Shown: piece by piece, positions 18,426 through 27,640 of the stretch
Layout: each line of letters starts with the position of its first letter
Numbering within the stretch: the first letter of the stretch is position 1
Origin: Ructibacterium sp.
Lineage (GTDB): Bacteria > Bacillota > Clostridia > Monoglobales > Monoglobaceae
Assembly (NCBI GenBank): GCA_045606185.1
Contig: JAZURN010000047.1
Span: 15,645 to 79,644 of the forward strand
Length of the DNA: 64,000 nt
Direction of reading: 5' to 3'
Notes under the pieces: generated by a model
What the model was told of the DNA's origin: nothing
What the model saw: the letters and a program-made list of their open reading frames with translations, nothing else
Database searches by the model: none
Translations under genes and position numbers: made by a program

Positions 18426-20138
18426 ATGAATATTTATCAAATTAGACAGGATATCCGGACACGCCACACAAGGATATCAGATTATAATTTGCGTGTTGTC
18501 TATTACGCCAGAGTATCTACCGACAAATATGACCAATTACATTCCCTTGATGCACAAAAAACGTATTTTGAAAACCTCTTGGAACGTAACCCCAACTGGA
18601 CATTTGTTAGAGGATATGTGGACGAGGGCTTAACTGGAACAAAAATAGACAAAAGAGACAGTTTTATCGAGATGATGCGAGATGCCAAACGGGGAAAGTT
18701 TGACCTAATCTGTACAAAAGAGGTTTCCAGATTTGCCAGAAACACCCTTGATAGTCTACGTTGCACAAGGGAACTTTTAACCTATGGTGTTGCGGTACTT
18801 TTTGAGAATGATAATCTAAATACCATTGATGAAGATTGTGATTTCCGTCTTACTACAATGGCAAGTTTAGCCCAGGAAGAATCACGCAAAACGTCCGAAC
18901 GACTTAAATTTGGTTTTCGTGAATCCATCAAGAAAGGAACCGTTCTTGGAAATGACAATATCTGGGGATATCGCAAGGAAAAAGGGAAATTGGTTATTGT
19001 ACCGGAAGAAGCGGAAATGGTTCGCAGCATCTTTGATATGTATGCAAATCAAGATATGGGAGTAAGAAAAATTGCAAAGCACCTATCCGATTCAGGCTTT
19101 CGAAACACAAACGGAAATCCTTTTTCTTTTTCTTCCATAAAAGGTATTTTAGTTAATCCCAAGTACAAGGGATATTACTGTGGCAATAAGACACACAAGG
19201 TCAATTTTTTAAGTAATGAAATTATCTCTCTTCCGGTGGAAGAATGGGTCATGTACGAAGACCACGAGAAAGTGCCTCCGATTATTGCGCCGGAACTTTG
19301 GGATAAAGCAAACAGAAAACTAAAAGAACGGAGCTGCAAGATGATGAGCGAAGATAGGACAAGCTATCAGAATAAATATCTATACTCCGGGAAAATTGTC
19401 TGCGGCGAACATCATACACGCTATCATCATACAATTTACAGATATCAATCGGGAAACAAAGAGTTATGGACTTGCAAAGAATATGGTAACGGCAACAAAT
19501 GTCACAACCCTCTGGTGTACACAACTGAGATTGATGCCGTAGTACGTGAAGTTTATAGTCGGATGATTCATGAAAAAAAGATTGTCAATGACCTTATTTC
19601 CCTTTACAAAGAATGCAACAATACACGAGCGATTGGAAAATCCAGGCACAAAATACATGCCAGCCTCAATGCCCTGCATGAAAAAAAAGAAAGACTACTT
19701 GACTTAGTCATTGACAACAGACTTTCAAACATAGAATTTGAGGAAAGAAACAATATCTTCAATGCACAAATTGAGGAACTAAACGCTAAGCTTTCTCTTC
19801 TGGATGAAGAAGAACAAAAAAATCTCGACATCAAAGAATCAATCGAAAGTCTTCGTTCAATCATTGCGGAGGAACTTGACTTTACAGAAGACTTTGGCAA
19901 AAATGTTGTTGATTCTTTTATTGATAAAATTGTGGTATATGAAAGTGAGGTTGAAAATCAGATTGACCTCAAAATTTTTCTAAAATTTATTCCAAATGAC
20001 CTTGCAAATTTTGCTAAAGACTCCCACTTTGTAACCTTTGACAACGGACAGATAACACAAACACGTGGTGGCAATTCAAGAGCACGAAAAGCATATGATT
20101 TAACGTTCCACTATGATCTGTGTTATTGTCTTGAATAA
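18426..20138 (+). CDS. Large serine recombinase (SpoIVCA/CisA-like integrase), 570 aa
   Basis: Catalytic YARVST, VSRFARN, recombinase domain (WGY...ILVNPKYKG), Zn-ribbon (YSGKIVCGEH...C...C), coiled coil; RBS AGGAGG. Confidence 0.96.
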   Translation: MNIYQIRQDIRTRHTRISDYNLRVVYYARVSTDKYDQLHSLDAQKTYFENLLERNPNWTFVRGYVDEGLTGTKIDKRDSFIEMMRDAKRGKFDLICTKEVSRFARNTLDSLRCTRELLTYGVAVLFENDNLNTIDEDCDFRLTTMASLAQEESRKTSERLKFGFRESIKKGTVLGNDNIWGYRKEKGKLVIVPEEAEMVRSIFDMYANQDMGVRKIAKHLSDSGFRNTNGNPFSFSSIKGILVNPKYKGYYCGNKTHKVNFLSNEIISLPVEEWVMYEDHEKVPPIIAPELWDKANRKLKERSCKMMSEDRTSYQNKYLYSGKIVCGEHHTRYHHTIYRYQSGNKELWTCKEYGNGNKCHNPLVYTTEIDAVVREVYSRMIHEKKIVNDLISLYKECNNTRAIGKSRHKIHASLNALHEKKERLLDLVIDNRLSNIEFEERNNIFNAQIEELNAKLSLLDEEEQKNLDIKESIESLRSIIAEELDFTEDFGKNVVDSFIDKIVVYESEVENQIDLKIFLKFIPNDLANFAKDSHFVTFDNGQITQTRGGNSRARKAYDLTFHYDLCYCLE

Positions 20139-20159
20139 AAAAAGCAAAGGAAAACGTTT

Positions 20160-20194
20160 AAACACCTCTGTTTGTAGCCAACAATACATATGAT
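20160..20194. repeat. attR: arm ACCTCTGTTTGTAG (20164-20177) plus core ATACATATGAT (20184-20194)
   Basis: Core identical to attL; arm is the inverted copy of the attL arm. Confidence 0.92.
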
Positions 20195-20465
20195 ACGCGC
20201 CGATATCGAAACCGAGGTCAGCCCCATTGTGGGGACAGAACGGCAATCCGAGGAACTGGTTCACTATCTCTTAAACGAATTTGAAAATGACACCAAAAAA
20301 ATCTGGGAATCTAACATTTTTGGAAAATCCCTTCATGAATTAGTCAACGAAGGTCTGCACAACAAGCTCTATCGAATGCCGGATGATGCACAAATGAAGC
20401 TTCAGGAAACCCTGCAAAAAATCATCAATGAAGGCTCTGGTGGCATGATCTGTATTATTCTTTAA
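20184..20465 (+). CDS. spoIVA: Stage IV sporulation protein A, 3' part (codons 401-493)
   Basis: IHMIRADIETEVSPIVGTERQSEELV...IWESNIFGKSLHELVNEGLHNKLYRMP...IINEGSGGMICIIL is the conserved SpoIVA C-terminus; no RBS of its own. Confidence 0.97.
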   Translation: MHMIRADIETEVSPIVGTERQSEELVHYLLNEFENDTKKIWESNIFGKSLHELVNEGLHNKLYRMPDDAQMKLQETLQKIINEGSGGMICIIL

Positions 20466-20519
20466 ATTTAAAAATCCTGCCAAAATCCCCAAAAATATCC
20501 ATTTTTTCTTGAATTTTAC

Positions 20520-20548
20520 TTGACATTTGGCTATATTCTCTTTATAAT
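20520..20548 (+). promoter_or_regulatory. Consensus sigmaA promoter
   Basis: TTGACA-N17-TATAAT. Confidence 0.85.
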
Positions 20549-20593
20549 GAAGTCACAGCACAGTTATTTTGACATTGATAAAGGAGAAATTAC

Positions 20594-20944
20594 ATGGATC
20601 AATTGACGGCCTTGATTAAGCAGGAGATTAAACGACAATTCAAGAGCGTGAGGAAGTTTACTTCCTACCTAGACATACCCTACACAACCATTGCCAGCGC
20701 ATTAAAAAACGGTGTAGGCGGTACCGCCTACGACACCGTGGTTAGAATCTGTCAGGCATTGGATATTTCCATGGTAAATTATCAGGATTCCGCCTTGATT
20801 AACGAAAACACATTGGGGGTACTTGCCCGGTATAATAGCTTGGATGAGCAAGGCGCCCATGCCGTTCGGACATTGCTGGAAATTGAGGCGGCACGGTGTG
20901 CTGGAAATCCCATTTCCACTCCATTCATTGAAAACGGAAAATAA
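20594..20944 (+). CDS. XRE/Cro-like helix-turn-helix transcriptional regulator
   Basis: SVRKFTSYLDIPYTTIASALKNGVGG...VVRICQALDI; RBS AAGGAG. Confidence 0.75.
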   Translation: MDQLTALIKQEIKRQFKSVRKFTSYLDIPYTTIASALKNGVGGTAYDTVVRICQALDISMVNYQDSALINENTLGVLARYNSLDEQGAHAVRTLLEIEAARCAGNPISTPFIENGK

Positions 20945-20950
20945 TTCATC

Positions 20951-20984
20951 AAAAAGAGCTGTAGGAAATCCTACAGCTCTTTTT
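20951..20984. terminator. Bidirectional terminator
   Basis: AAAAAGAGCTGTAGG-AAAT-CCTACAGCTCTTTTT between convergent genes. Confidence 0.85.
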
Positions 20985-21684
20985 CTAATGCAATTTCTTT
21001 GATGATTTCTCCTGCCAAAATCAATCCAGCCACAGAGGGAACAAAACTCAAGCTTCCGGGCGTTTGCTTTCTTCCGTCTGTTTGAGACGTTTGAAGATAG
21101 GGAGGTTCCTCGGAATAGACTGCTTTTACACCAGAAATGCCGCGCTTGCGAAGCTCGGTACGCATCACACGTGCCAGAGGACATACTCTGGTTTTTTCTA
21201 TGTCTGCAACCTGAAACATCGTCGGCTCCAACTTATTTCCGGCACCCATGCAGGAAATCACGGGGATATTAAGTTCCCTTGCCTTTTGAATCAGCAAGAT
21301 TTTTGATGTAACGGTATCAATGGCATCTGCCACATAAGTAACCTGGGAAAATGACACCTCATCTGCCGTATCAGCAGAGTAAAACAAGTTTTTCTGCACA
21401 ACAACGATGCTTGGATCAATATCCGCAATCCGTTGTGCTACAACCTCAGTTTTGGGTCTTCCCACCGTGCTATGGAGTGCCGGTAGCTGCCGATTGATAT
21501 TACTGACCGATACAACATCTCCATCCACCAGAGTGAGCTTTCCAATACCGGCTCTTGCCAATGCCTCTGCCGCATAGGAACCGACACCACCCAAGCCAAA
21601 AAGTAGAACGTGCGCCTCACGCAAACGTGAAACTCCCGCATCTCCCAACATCATTCTGGTTCTGCTTTCTTGTTTTTCCATCAT
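20971..21684 (-). CDS. tcdA: tRNA threonylcarbamoyladenosine dehydratase (ThiF family)
   Basis: GLGGVGSYAAEALARAG, SNINRQ, DAID, SCMGAGNK, CPLAR, GSLSFVP. Confidence 0.9.
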   Translation of the reverse strand: MMEKQESRTRMMLGDAGVSRLREAHVLLFGLGGVGSYAAEALARAGIGKLTLVDGDVVSVSNINRQLPALHSTVGRPKTEVVAQRIADIDPSIVVVQKNLFYSADTADEVSFSQVTYVADAIDTVTSKILLIQKARELNIPVISCMGAGNKLEPTMFQVADIEKTRVCPLARVMRTELRKRGISGVKAVYSEEPPYLQTSQTDGRKQTPGSLSFVPSVAGLILAGEIIKEIALEKEL

Positions 21685-21691
21685 TTTTCCT

Positions 21692-22705
21692 CTACGAAAT
21701 CGATAAAAAGACTTTTTCCGTTTCGTGCTTCTTCTCCCGGCTCATCAGGTTTTTCACTGCCTCTTGCGGGGATACTCCATCAAACAACACCCGATAAGTC
21801 TGCTCCACAATCGGCATTTCCACTCCAACTTTCTTTGATAAAGCATACGCAGCACAACAGGTTTTCACGCCCTCTACCACCATTTTGACCTCTTTTTGTG
21901 CCTCATCAAGACTCTTTCCCTGACCAATCAGGATACCCGCTCTGCGGTTTCTGGAATGCATGCTGGTACAGGTTACAATGAGATCGCCAATACCCGAAAG
22001 CCCATGGAACGTTTCTTCTTTGGCACCCATGGCAACACCAAGTCTTGCAATCTCTACAATACCTCTTGTAACCAACGCTGCCTTGGTATTATCCCCGAGG
22101 CCCATTCCATCAGAAATACCCGCACAAAGAGCAATCACATTCTTTAAGGAGCCACCAAGTTCTACTCCCATCATATCTGGGTTAGTATAGATACGAAAAT
22201 CAGAATTCATCATAATATCCTGAATCCAATTCGCCCTTTCCTCTGACGCAGTCGCTACCACATTTGTGGTTGGAATCCCACGGGAAACCTCTTCCGCATG
22301 GCTAGGTCCTGACATAACAGCAATTTCACAGCCAGGAAGCTCCTGTTTCAAAATCTGGGACATGGTACAGAATGTTTCTTCCTCCAAGCCTTTGGAGATA
22401 TTCAAAATCAACTGCCCGTCCCGGACAACCTTAGAAAGGCCCTTTGCAGTAATACGCATGGCATGGGACGGAACTGCTGTGATTATCAAATCCGCACCGG
22501 CACAATCCTCAAATTTCGCTGTAAATCTTACGTTTTCCGGGATTTTAACACCCGGCAAAAAGGGAATATTTTCCCGTTCTTTTTCCAAGGCAGTGCTTTC
22601 CTCCTGCAGATAAGACCAAAGCATTACCTCATGTCCGTTCTTGGCAAGCATTACCGCCACAGCGGTTCCCCAACCACCGGAGCCAATGATACTGATTTTC
22701 GCCAT
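21692..22705 (-). CDS. gpsA: NAD(P)H-dependent glycerol-3-phosphate dehydrogenase
   Basis: GSGGWGTA, SKGLE, SGPSHAEEV, KNVIA, GDLIVTCTSMHSRN. Confidence 0.96.
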   Translation of the reverse strand: MAKISIIGSGGWGTAVAVMLAKNGHEVMLWSYLQEESTALEKERENIPFLPGVKIPENVRFTAKFEDCAGADLIITAVPSHAMRITAKGLSKVVRDGQLILNISKGLEEETFCTMSQILKQELPGCEIAVMSGPSHAEEVSRGIPTTNVVATASEERANWIQDIMMNSDFRIYTNPDMMGVELGGSLKNVIALCAGISDGMGLGDNTKAALVTRGIVEIARLGVAMGAKEETFHGLSGIGDLIVTCTSMHSRNRRAGILIGQGKSLDEAQKEVKMVVEGVKTCCAAYALSKKVGVEMPIVEQTYRVLFDGVSPQEAVKNLMSREKKHETEKVFLSIS

Positions 22706-22720
22706 TTTTCTGCCCCTTTC

Positions 22721-23341
22721 CTATACTTTCTTTTGACCTAGCTTACTCTCGGTTCCCGCAAGCAAACGTCCTATATTGGTATGGTGCATGACGATTAAGG
22801 TTCCTGCCATAACAAAAGCAAATAGGAGATATACCACATCACCCCAATGGACAAATAAACTAATCACAAAAAATGCCGCAGCACCCAAAACACTACCCAA
22901 AGAAACATATCGGGTAACTGCCATCAAAACCAATGAAAGAATCAAAACAACCAAACCGATTCTCCAATCGGCAAAGAGCATATAAACCGCCGAAACAAGG
23001 ACACCCTTTCCACCTCGAAAATGGAAATAGATTGGAAAGTTATGCCCAAGAGCTGCACCAACACCGGCACTATAGGCACCGTATCTGGGTTCCAGACCCG
23101 CAAGGTCTGCAATCAGAATCCCCAATAAAATGGCGATGACCGCTTTTAGGCAGTCCAGAACCAGCACAAAGATTGCCGCTTTTTTCCCATAGGTACGCAG
23201 GGTGTTGGTTGCCCCGGCATTTCCGCTGCCATGACTGCGAATATCATCTCCTCCAACAACCTTTCCAATCAGGATGGCTGAGCTGATGCTACCTATCAAG
23301 TACGCAACTGCCACAACTGGCACTAACCATAACCATTCCAT
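22721..23341 (-). CDS. plsY: Glycerol-3-phosphate acyltransferase
   Basis: YLIGSI, DIRSHGSGNAGATN, GHNFP, FRGGKGV, HHTNIGRL. Confidence 0.95.
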   Translation of the reverse strand: MEWLWLVPVVAVAYLIGSISSAILIGKVVGGDDIRSHGSGNAGATNTLRTYGKKAAIFVLVLDCLKAVIAILLGILIADLAGLEPRYGAYSAGVGAALGHNFPIYFHFRGGKGVLVSAVYMLFADWRIGLVVLILSLVLMAVTRYVSLGSVLGAAAFFVISLFVHWGDVVYLLFAFVMAGTLIVMHHTNIGRLLAGTESKLGQKKV

Positions 23342-23352
23342 GTCTTTTCCCT

Positions 23353-24675
23353 CTAATCTTTCTTATTTTTTTCTTTTACAATAAACTTAACCGGCGTTCC
23401 CTCAAATCCAAATCTTGCCCGGAGTTGATTCTCAAGATAACGGATATACGAATAATGAGCAAGCTCGGCATTGTTCACAAAAAGAACAAAGGTAGGCGGT
23501 GCGGTGCTTGCCTGGGTTGCGTAGTAAATCTTCAAACGTTTTCCCTTATCTGACGGTGGCTGCACCATGGCAATTGCCTCGTTAATCACATCGTTCAAAA
23601 CACCGGTGGAAATCCGTTTTCGGTTCTGTTCCAGCACCGATTTTATCATGGGAAAAAGTCCGTCTACCCGCTGACCCGTCTTTGCCGAGATAAAGACCGA
23701 GGGTGCATACATCATAAAATTCAGACCTTCTTTTACATGGTTCTGAAAATTCTTCATGGTGTTGGTTTCCTTCTCTACCAAATCCCATTTGTTGACAACC
23801 ACAATGCTTGCCTTTCCCTGCTCGTGAACATAACCGGCAATTTTGGTGTCCTGCTCGGTAATTCCCTCCTCGGCATCAATCATAATTAGACAAACATCCG
23901 CTCGTTCCACTGCCGATAAAGCACGAACCACGCTGTAGCGCTCTACATTTTCGTTAATTTTACCACGTTTCCGCATTCCGGCGGTATCAATCAAGACATA
24001 TTTTTGTCCATCCCGCTCATAACTACTGTCAATGGCATCCCGGGTGGTACCGGCGATACTGCTGACAATCACACGATTTTCATTGAGAATACGATTGACC
24101 AAAGAGGACTTCCCTGCGTTGGGTTTTCCCACAATGGCAACACGAATCACATCTTCCTCTTCGTCTTCCTCTGGCATCTCGGGGAAAAGCTTAACCATAT
24201 CATCCAGTAAATCTCCAATTCCGAGACCATGAATGGAAGACACCGGATAGGGTTCTCCTACTCCCAGATTATAAAACTCATACATCTCCATGGGCGGATT
24301 ACCGGGATTGTCCACCTTATTGCAAACCAAAAGTACCGGACGTCCACACTTTTGCAGCATGGCTGCCACCTCTTTATCCGCCGCCGTCATTCCGTCCTTT
24401 ACATTGACCATGAACAGAATCACATCCGCCATATCAACTGCCAGTTCCGCCTGTTCCCGCATCTGGGACAGAATGGTATCCTTACTGGATGGCTCGATAC
24501 CGCCGGTATCAATCATGGTAAAGTTACAACCGCACCACTCTGCATCAGTATAAATCCGATCCCGGGTAATCCCCGGGGTATCCTCAACAATGGAAATTCT
24601 CTTTCCGCTTACTTTATTAAAAAAGGTGGATTTTCCCACATTAGGGCGTCCTACCACCGCAACAACCGGTTTCAT
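23353..24675 (-). CDS. der: Ribosome biogenesis GTPase Der/EngA
   Basis: Two GTPase domains (GRPNVGKST, GKPNAGKSS) plus KH-like C-terminus. Confidence 0.97.
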   Translation of the reverse strand: MKPVVAVVGRPNVGKSTFFNKVSGKRISIVEDTPGITRDRIYTDAEWCGCNFTMIDTGGIEPSSKDTILSQMREQAELAVDMADVILFMVNVKDGMTAADKEVAAMLQKCGRPVLLVCNKVDNPGNPPMEMYEFYNLGVGEPYPVSSIHGLGIGDLLDDMVKLFPEMPEEDEEEDVIRVAIVGKPNAGKSSLVNRILNENRVIVSSIAGTTRDAIDSSYERDGQKYVLIDTAGMRKRGKINENVERYSVVRALSAVERADVCLIMIDAEEGITEQDTKIAGYVHEQGKASIVVVNKWDLVEKETNTMKNFQNHVKEGLNFMMYAPSVFISAKTGQRVDGLFPMIKSVLEQNRKRISTGVLNDVINEAIAMVQPPSDKGKRLKIYYATQASTAPPTFVLFVNNAELAHYSYIRYLENQLRARFGFEGTPVKFIVKEKNKKD

Positions 24676-24696
24676 GTTTTTCCCTCACTTTCTCCT

Positions 24697-25974
24697 CTAT
24701 CGGTCTAGCAATGCATCCAAAAGGGCATACCCATCGTTGGGCACAACCACAGCTTTTACACGAAGAGCATTCTCCACATCCGCAACGGTTACATCATCCA
24801 GAAAAACAGTTTCTCCATGGCGAAGCATGGAAGACGACAAAATCAGCTTGTCCCCCAGCTCAATTCCCTTTAGCTGCTCAATCAAATCGACGCCGGTAAT
24901 CAATCCAGTTACTGTAATCTTCTCTCCAAAGAAGTGATTGGTAATAGGAATTACCTGAATCATCGTTCCGTCCAGTTCCTCTACCAGACTCTTGATAAAC
25001 TCATAGGAAATCTTTCCTGTTACAACCGTCTTTTTTTTCGCTGGTTTCCGCCGTTTCCGTGTCGCCAATGCATCATAAAACTCATCGGCAAGGGACGCAC
25101 ACAAACCAACACCGTTTTCAATCTGGGGAAATCCCTCATATTCCTCAAAACCCGGCATAGGCATTTCTGCCATAATATAAAACTCATCCGCCAGATACAC
25201 CAGACGGGTACCATGGGTTTCCAAAAAACGCTCCTGCCACTTGGCGACCTGCTCAATTACTGCCTTCGCTGATTCTTTATCGAAGCCACGAAGGGGTTCT
25301 AACCTCTCTCTATGATTGGAAAGTCCTACCGGAACGACCGAAACACTCTCCAAACTTTCCCCCAGGTTTCCCAAATCCGAAATGGTTCTGTCAAGCTCTT
25401 TACCGTCGTTCCAACCGGGGCATAGGACAATCTGGGCATTTAAGTTGAGTCCTCCATCCACAAACTTCTGGAGATAAGAGAGCACCTCTCCCGCCCGTTT
25501 GTTATGGAGCATTTTTACTCGTAATTCCGGATTGGTGGTATGGACTGATACGTTGATACGAGGGATATGATATCGCAAAATCCGCTCCACGTCGTTGTTT
25601 GTCATATTGGTCATGGAAACATAGTTTCCCTGCAAAAAGGAAAGCCGATAGTCATCATCCTTAAAGTAGCAACTCTCCCGCATATCCTTTGGGAGTTGGT
25701 CGATGAAGCAAAAGACGCAACGGTTGTGACAAGCACGAGGCTGGTCAATCAACAAGGTTGGAAACTGAATCCCCAAGGGAAGAAAGTCCTCGTTCTCAAG
25801 CCGGACAGTCCGATTTTCCAGAGCAATTTCCACTTCCTCCTGGCAGGATGCATACATAAAGTCAAGGTAATCGACGATTTCGATTCCATTGATACATTTG
25901 ATAACATCCCCGATACAAAGTCCGGCTTTTTCCGCCAGACTCCCCGGTTCAATTCCTGCAATCCTTGCCGCCAT
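24697..25974 (-). CDS. PDZ / radical SAM / DUF512 protein
   Basis: N-terminal PDZ (IEPGSLAEKAGL), CHNRCVFCFIDQLP, KDDDYRLSF, ENGVG; typical neighbour of der. Confidence 0.88.
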   Translation of the reverse strand: MAARIAGIEPGSLAEKAGLCIGDVIKCINGIEIVDYLDFMYASCQEEVEIALENRTVRLENEDFLPLGIQFPTLLIDQPRACHNRCVFCFIDQLPKDMRESCYFKDDDYRLSFLQGNYVSMTNMTNNDVERILRYHIPRINVSVHTTNPELRVKMLHNKRAGEVLSYLQKFVDGGLNLNAQIVLCPGWNDGKELDRTISDLGNLGESLESVSVVPVGLSNHRERLEPLRGFDKESAKAVIEQVAKWQERFLETHGTRLVYLADEFYIMAEMPMPGFEEYEGFPQIENGVGLCASLADEFYDALATRKRRKPAKKKTVVTGKISYEFIKSLVEELDGTMIQVIPITNHFFGEKITVTGLITGVDLIEQLKGIELGDKLILSSSMLRHGETVFLDDVTVADVENALRVKAVVVPNDGYALLDALLDR

Positions 25975-26098
25975 CTCTGCCCGTTCCTTTCCGATACGAT
26001 ACTTTGTTTTACCGATTCTATATGAATTGCGAAGCATAAGGTTTAGATGCAAATTCTTTTGACATCAGGTTCGTGTTAAGTTAGAACCAAAATGCATT

Positions 26099-27247
26099 TT
26101 AGTTGTTCTCATGTATTTTCACAAGCCTAAAAACCTGACAAGCAGTATCTCTTAAATTCTTATAAGCATTATCAATATTCATGGCTTCATCTAATGTGCA
26201 TGGTTTCCTAACAATTGGGAAAAATGCGTCAATTCCATATTCATTACAAACACTAGCATCATCTGTTACGCATCCTGAGAAAGCAATCACAGGTTTGCCA
26301 TACTTTTTAGCGAGTTTAGCAACCCCAATTGGTGCTTTACCCATATATGATTGACCATCAAGTCGTCCTTCACCTGTAACCACTAAATCTGCATCTTTTA
26401 TGTAACTTTCAAGGTCTGTTTCTTTCATTACAAGTTCAATTCCTGACATAAGCGATGCATTAAGGTATGACAACAATGCAAACCCTAATCCTCCGGCAGC
26501 TCCTGTTCCCGAACTATTTGGATCAGCATTTGGGATAACTTCCCTTGTCAGTTGAGCATAATTCCCAAGCCACAAGTCCATATCTTTAATCATTTCAGGT
26601 GTTGCACCTTTTTGCGGTCCATAAATTGCACTGCAACCATTTTCACCACATAAGATGTTTTTTACATCACAAGCAACACAAAAATGACATTCTTTTAATT
26701 CCTTGACAGCGTTTTCTGTCCTAATTACAGCAATATCTTTAAGTCCTTTGGCACCAAGCAAAACTTCTTTTCCATTTTTATCTAAAAACTCAAAACCGAG
26801 AGCTTGAAGCATTCCGACACCGCCATCATTAGTTGCACTGCCACCTATCCCTATAACAAACTTTCGACATCCTTTCGATATCGCATCCATAATCATTTCA
26901 CCAACGCCAAAGGTCGTTGTGTTTAACGGATTTCGCTCATCGTCTTTTATAAGTGTAATACCGGCTGCTGCAGACATTTCAATTATGGCATTTTTTGTAT
27001 GTGGTATAATACCATATATAGCCTCAATCTTCTCGCCAAGAGGGTTGGAAACAACAGTTCTAACAATTTCTCCATTGTTTGCGGATATGATAGCTTCAAC
27101 CGTACCTTCTCCCCCATCTGCAATCGGTGATATTTTAACTTCTACATTTTTATACACTTCTTTTACAGCTTCCTCTATTGCTTTTCCTGCTTCAAATGTT
27201 GAAAGACTTCCTTTGAACGAATCAATGGCTACTACTATTTTTTCCAT
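26099..27247 (-). CDS. glxK: Glycerate kinase (GlxK/GarK family)
   Basis: DSFKGSL, ADGGEGT, GIGGSATNDGG, GPQKGA, GAAGGLG, TGEGRLDGQS; visibly AT-rich relative to neighbours. Confidence 0.93.
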   Translation of the reverse strand: MEKIVVAIDSFKGSLSTFEAGKAIEEAVKEVYKNVEVKISPIADGGEGTVEAIISANNGEIVRTVVSNPLGEKIEAIYGIIPHTKNAIIEMSAAAGITLIKDDERNPLNTTTFGVGEMIMDAISKGCRKFVIGIGGSATNDGGVGMLQALGFEFLDKNGKEVLLGAKGLKDIAVIRTENAVKELKECHFCVACDVKNILCGENGCSAIYGPQKGATPEMIKDMDLWLGNYAQLTREVIPNADPNSSGTGAAGGLGFALLSYLNASLMSGIELVMKETDLESYIKDADLVVTGEGRLDGQSYMGKAPIGVAKLAKKYGKPVIAFSGCVTDDASVCNEYGIDAFFPIVRKPCTLDEAMNIDNAYKNLRDTACQVFRLVKIHENN

Positions 27248-27304
27248 TTATCTTTCTCCTCTCAATCAATATTCAACATATTCTCCATATAAAGACTGTA
27301 TAAT

Positions 27305-27505
27305 CTAGATGCCATCGCATTTAGCTACAACTAATGAAACCTTATTTATATTAGTTGGTCTCGTGTGCATTATAATTTTTTCAACTCTATAAGTCTCATT
27401 GTTTTGATCCAAAAACATATCTCCGACATTGAAATATTCATTTTCAACAATAAAAGTCAAACCCCAGGAAGTATTGAATTTCTCCATTACATTTACTTTT
27501 TTCAT
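27305..27505 (-). CDS. Small hypothetical protein (66 aa)
   Basis: ORF MKKVNVMEKF... behind RBS AAGGAAG; AT-rich. Confidence 0.45.
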   Translation of the reverse strand: MKKVNVMEKFNTSWGLTFIVENEYFNVGDMFLDQNNETYRVEKIIMHTRPTNINKVSLVVAKCDGI

Positions 27506-27558
27506 TGTGCACTTCCTTTCGACAACATTCGACATTCTTACTATGATTTTGTCAAGTT

Positions 27559-27640
27559 AGGGATAAAGATTTTTGTAGGGGGCATTCAAAAATGCCCCGT
27601 TTTTCGGGCGATTCTTGAATCGCTCCTACATTTTATCCCT
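27559..27640. repeat. GTAG-type REP doublet (REPIN-like)
   Basis: TGTAGGGGGCATTCAAAAATGCCCCG...CGGGCGATTCTTGAATCGCTCCTACA, flanked by AGGGATAAA / TTTATCCCT. Confidence 0.65.

Larger units (their letters stand above)
4952..20194. mobile_element. spoIVA-intervening element (skin-like; 15,232 bp between core repeats) with large serine recombinase and surface-protein cargo
   Basis: Two in-frame spoIVA halves, an 11-bp direct repeat at both junctions, internal inverted arms, and a recombinase gene ending 45 bp from the right junction. Confidence 0.93.

Noticed and set aside
4952-20194. Invertible S-layer phase-variation switch
   Set aside because: The crossover cores are direct repeats and the inverted arms are both internal (attP half-sites), so the geometry gives excision; inversion would not restore spoIVA.
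4952-20194. Prophage or ICE
   Set aside because: No structural, lysis, replication, relaxase or T4SS genes are present.
20209-20219. AAACCGAGGTC in the spoIVA 3' half resembling the attL arm AAACAGAGGTC
   Set aside because: It is offset 7 bp relative to the core and encodes conserved ETEV residues; it may be coincidence and was not used as evidence.
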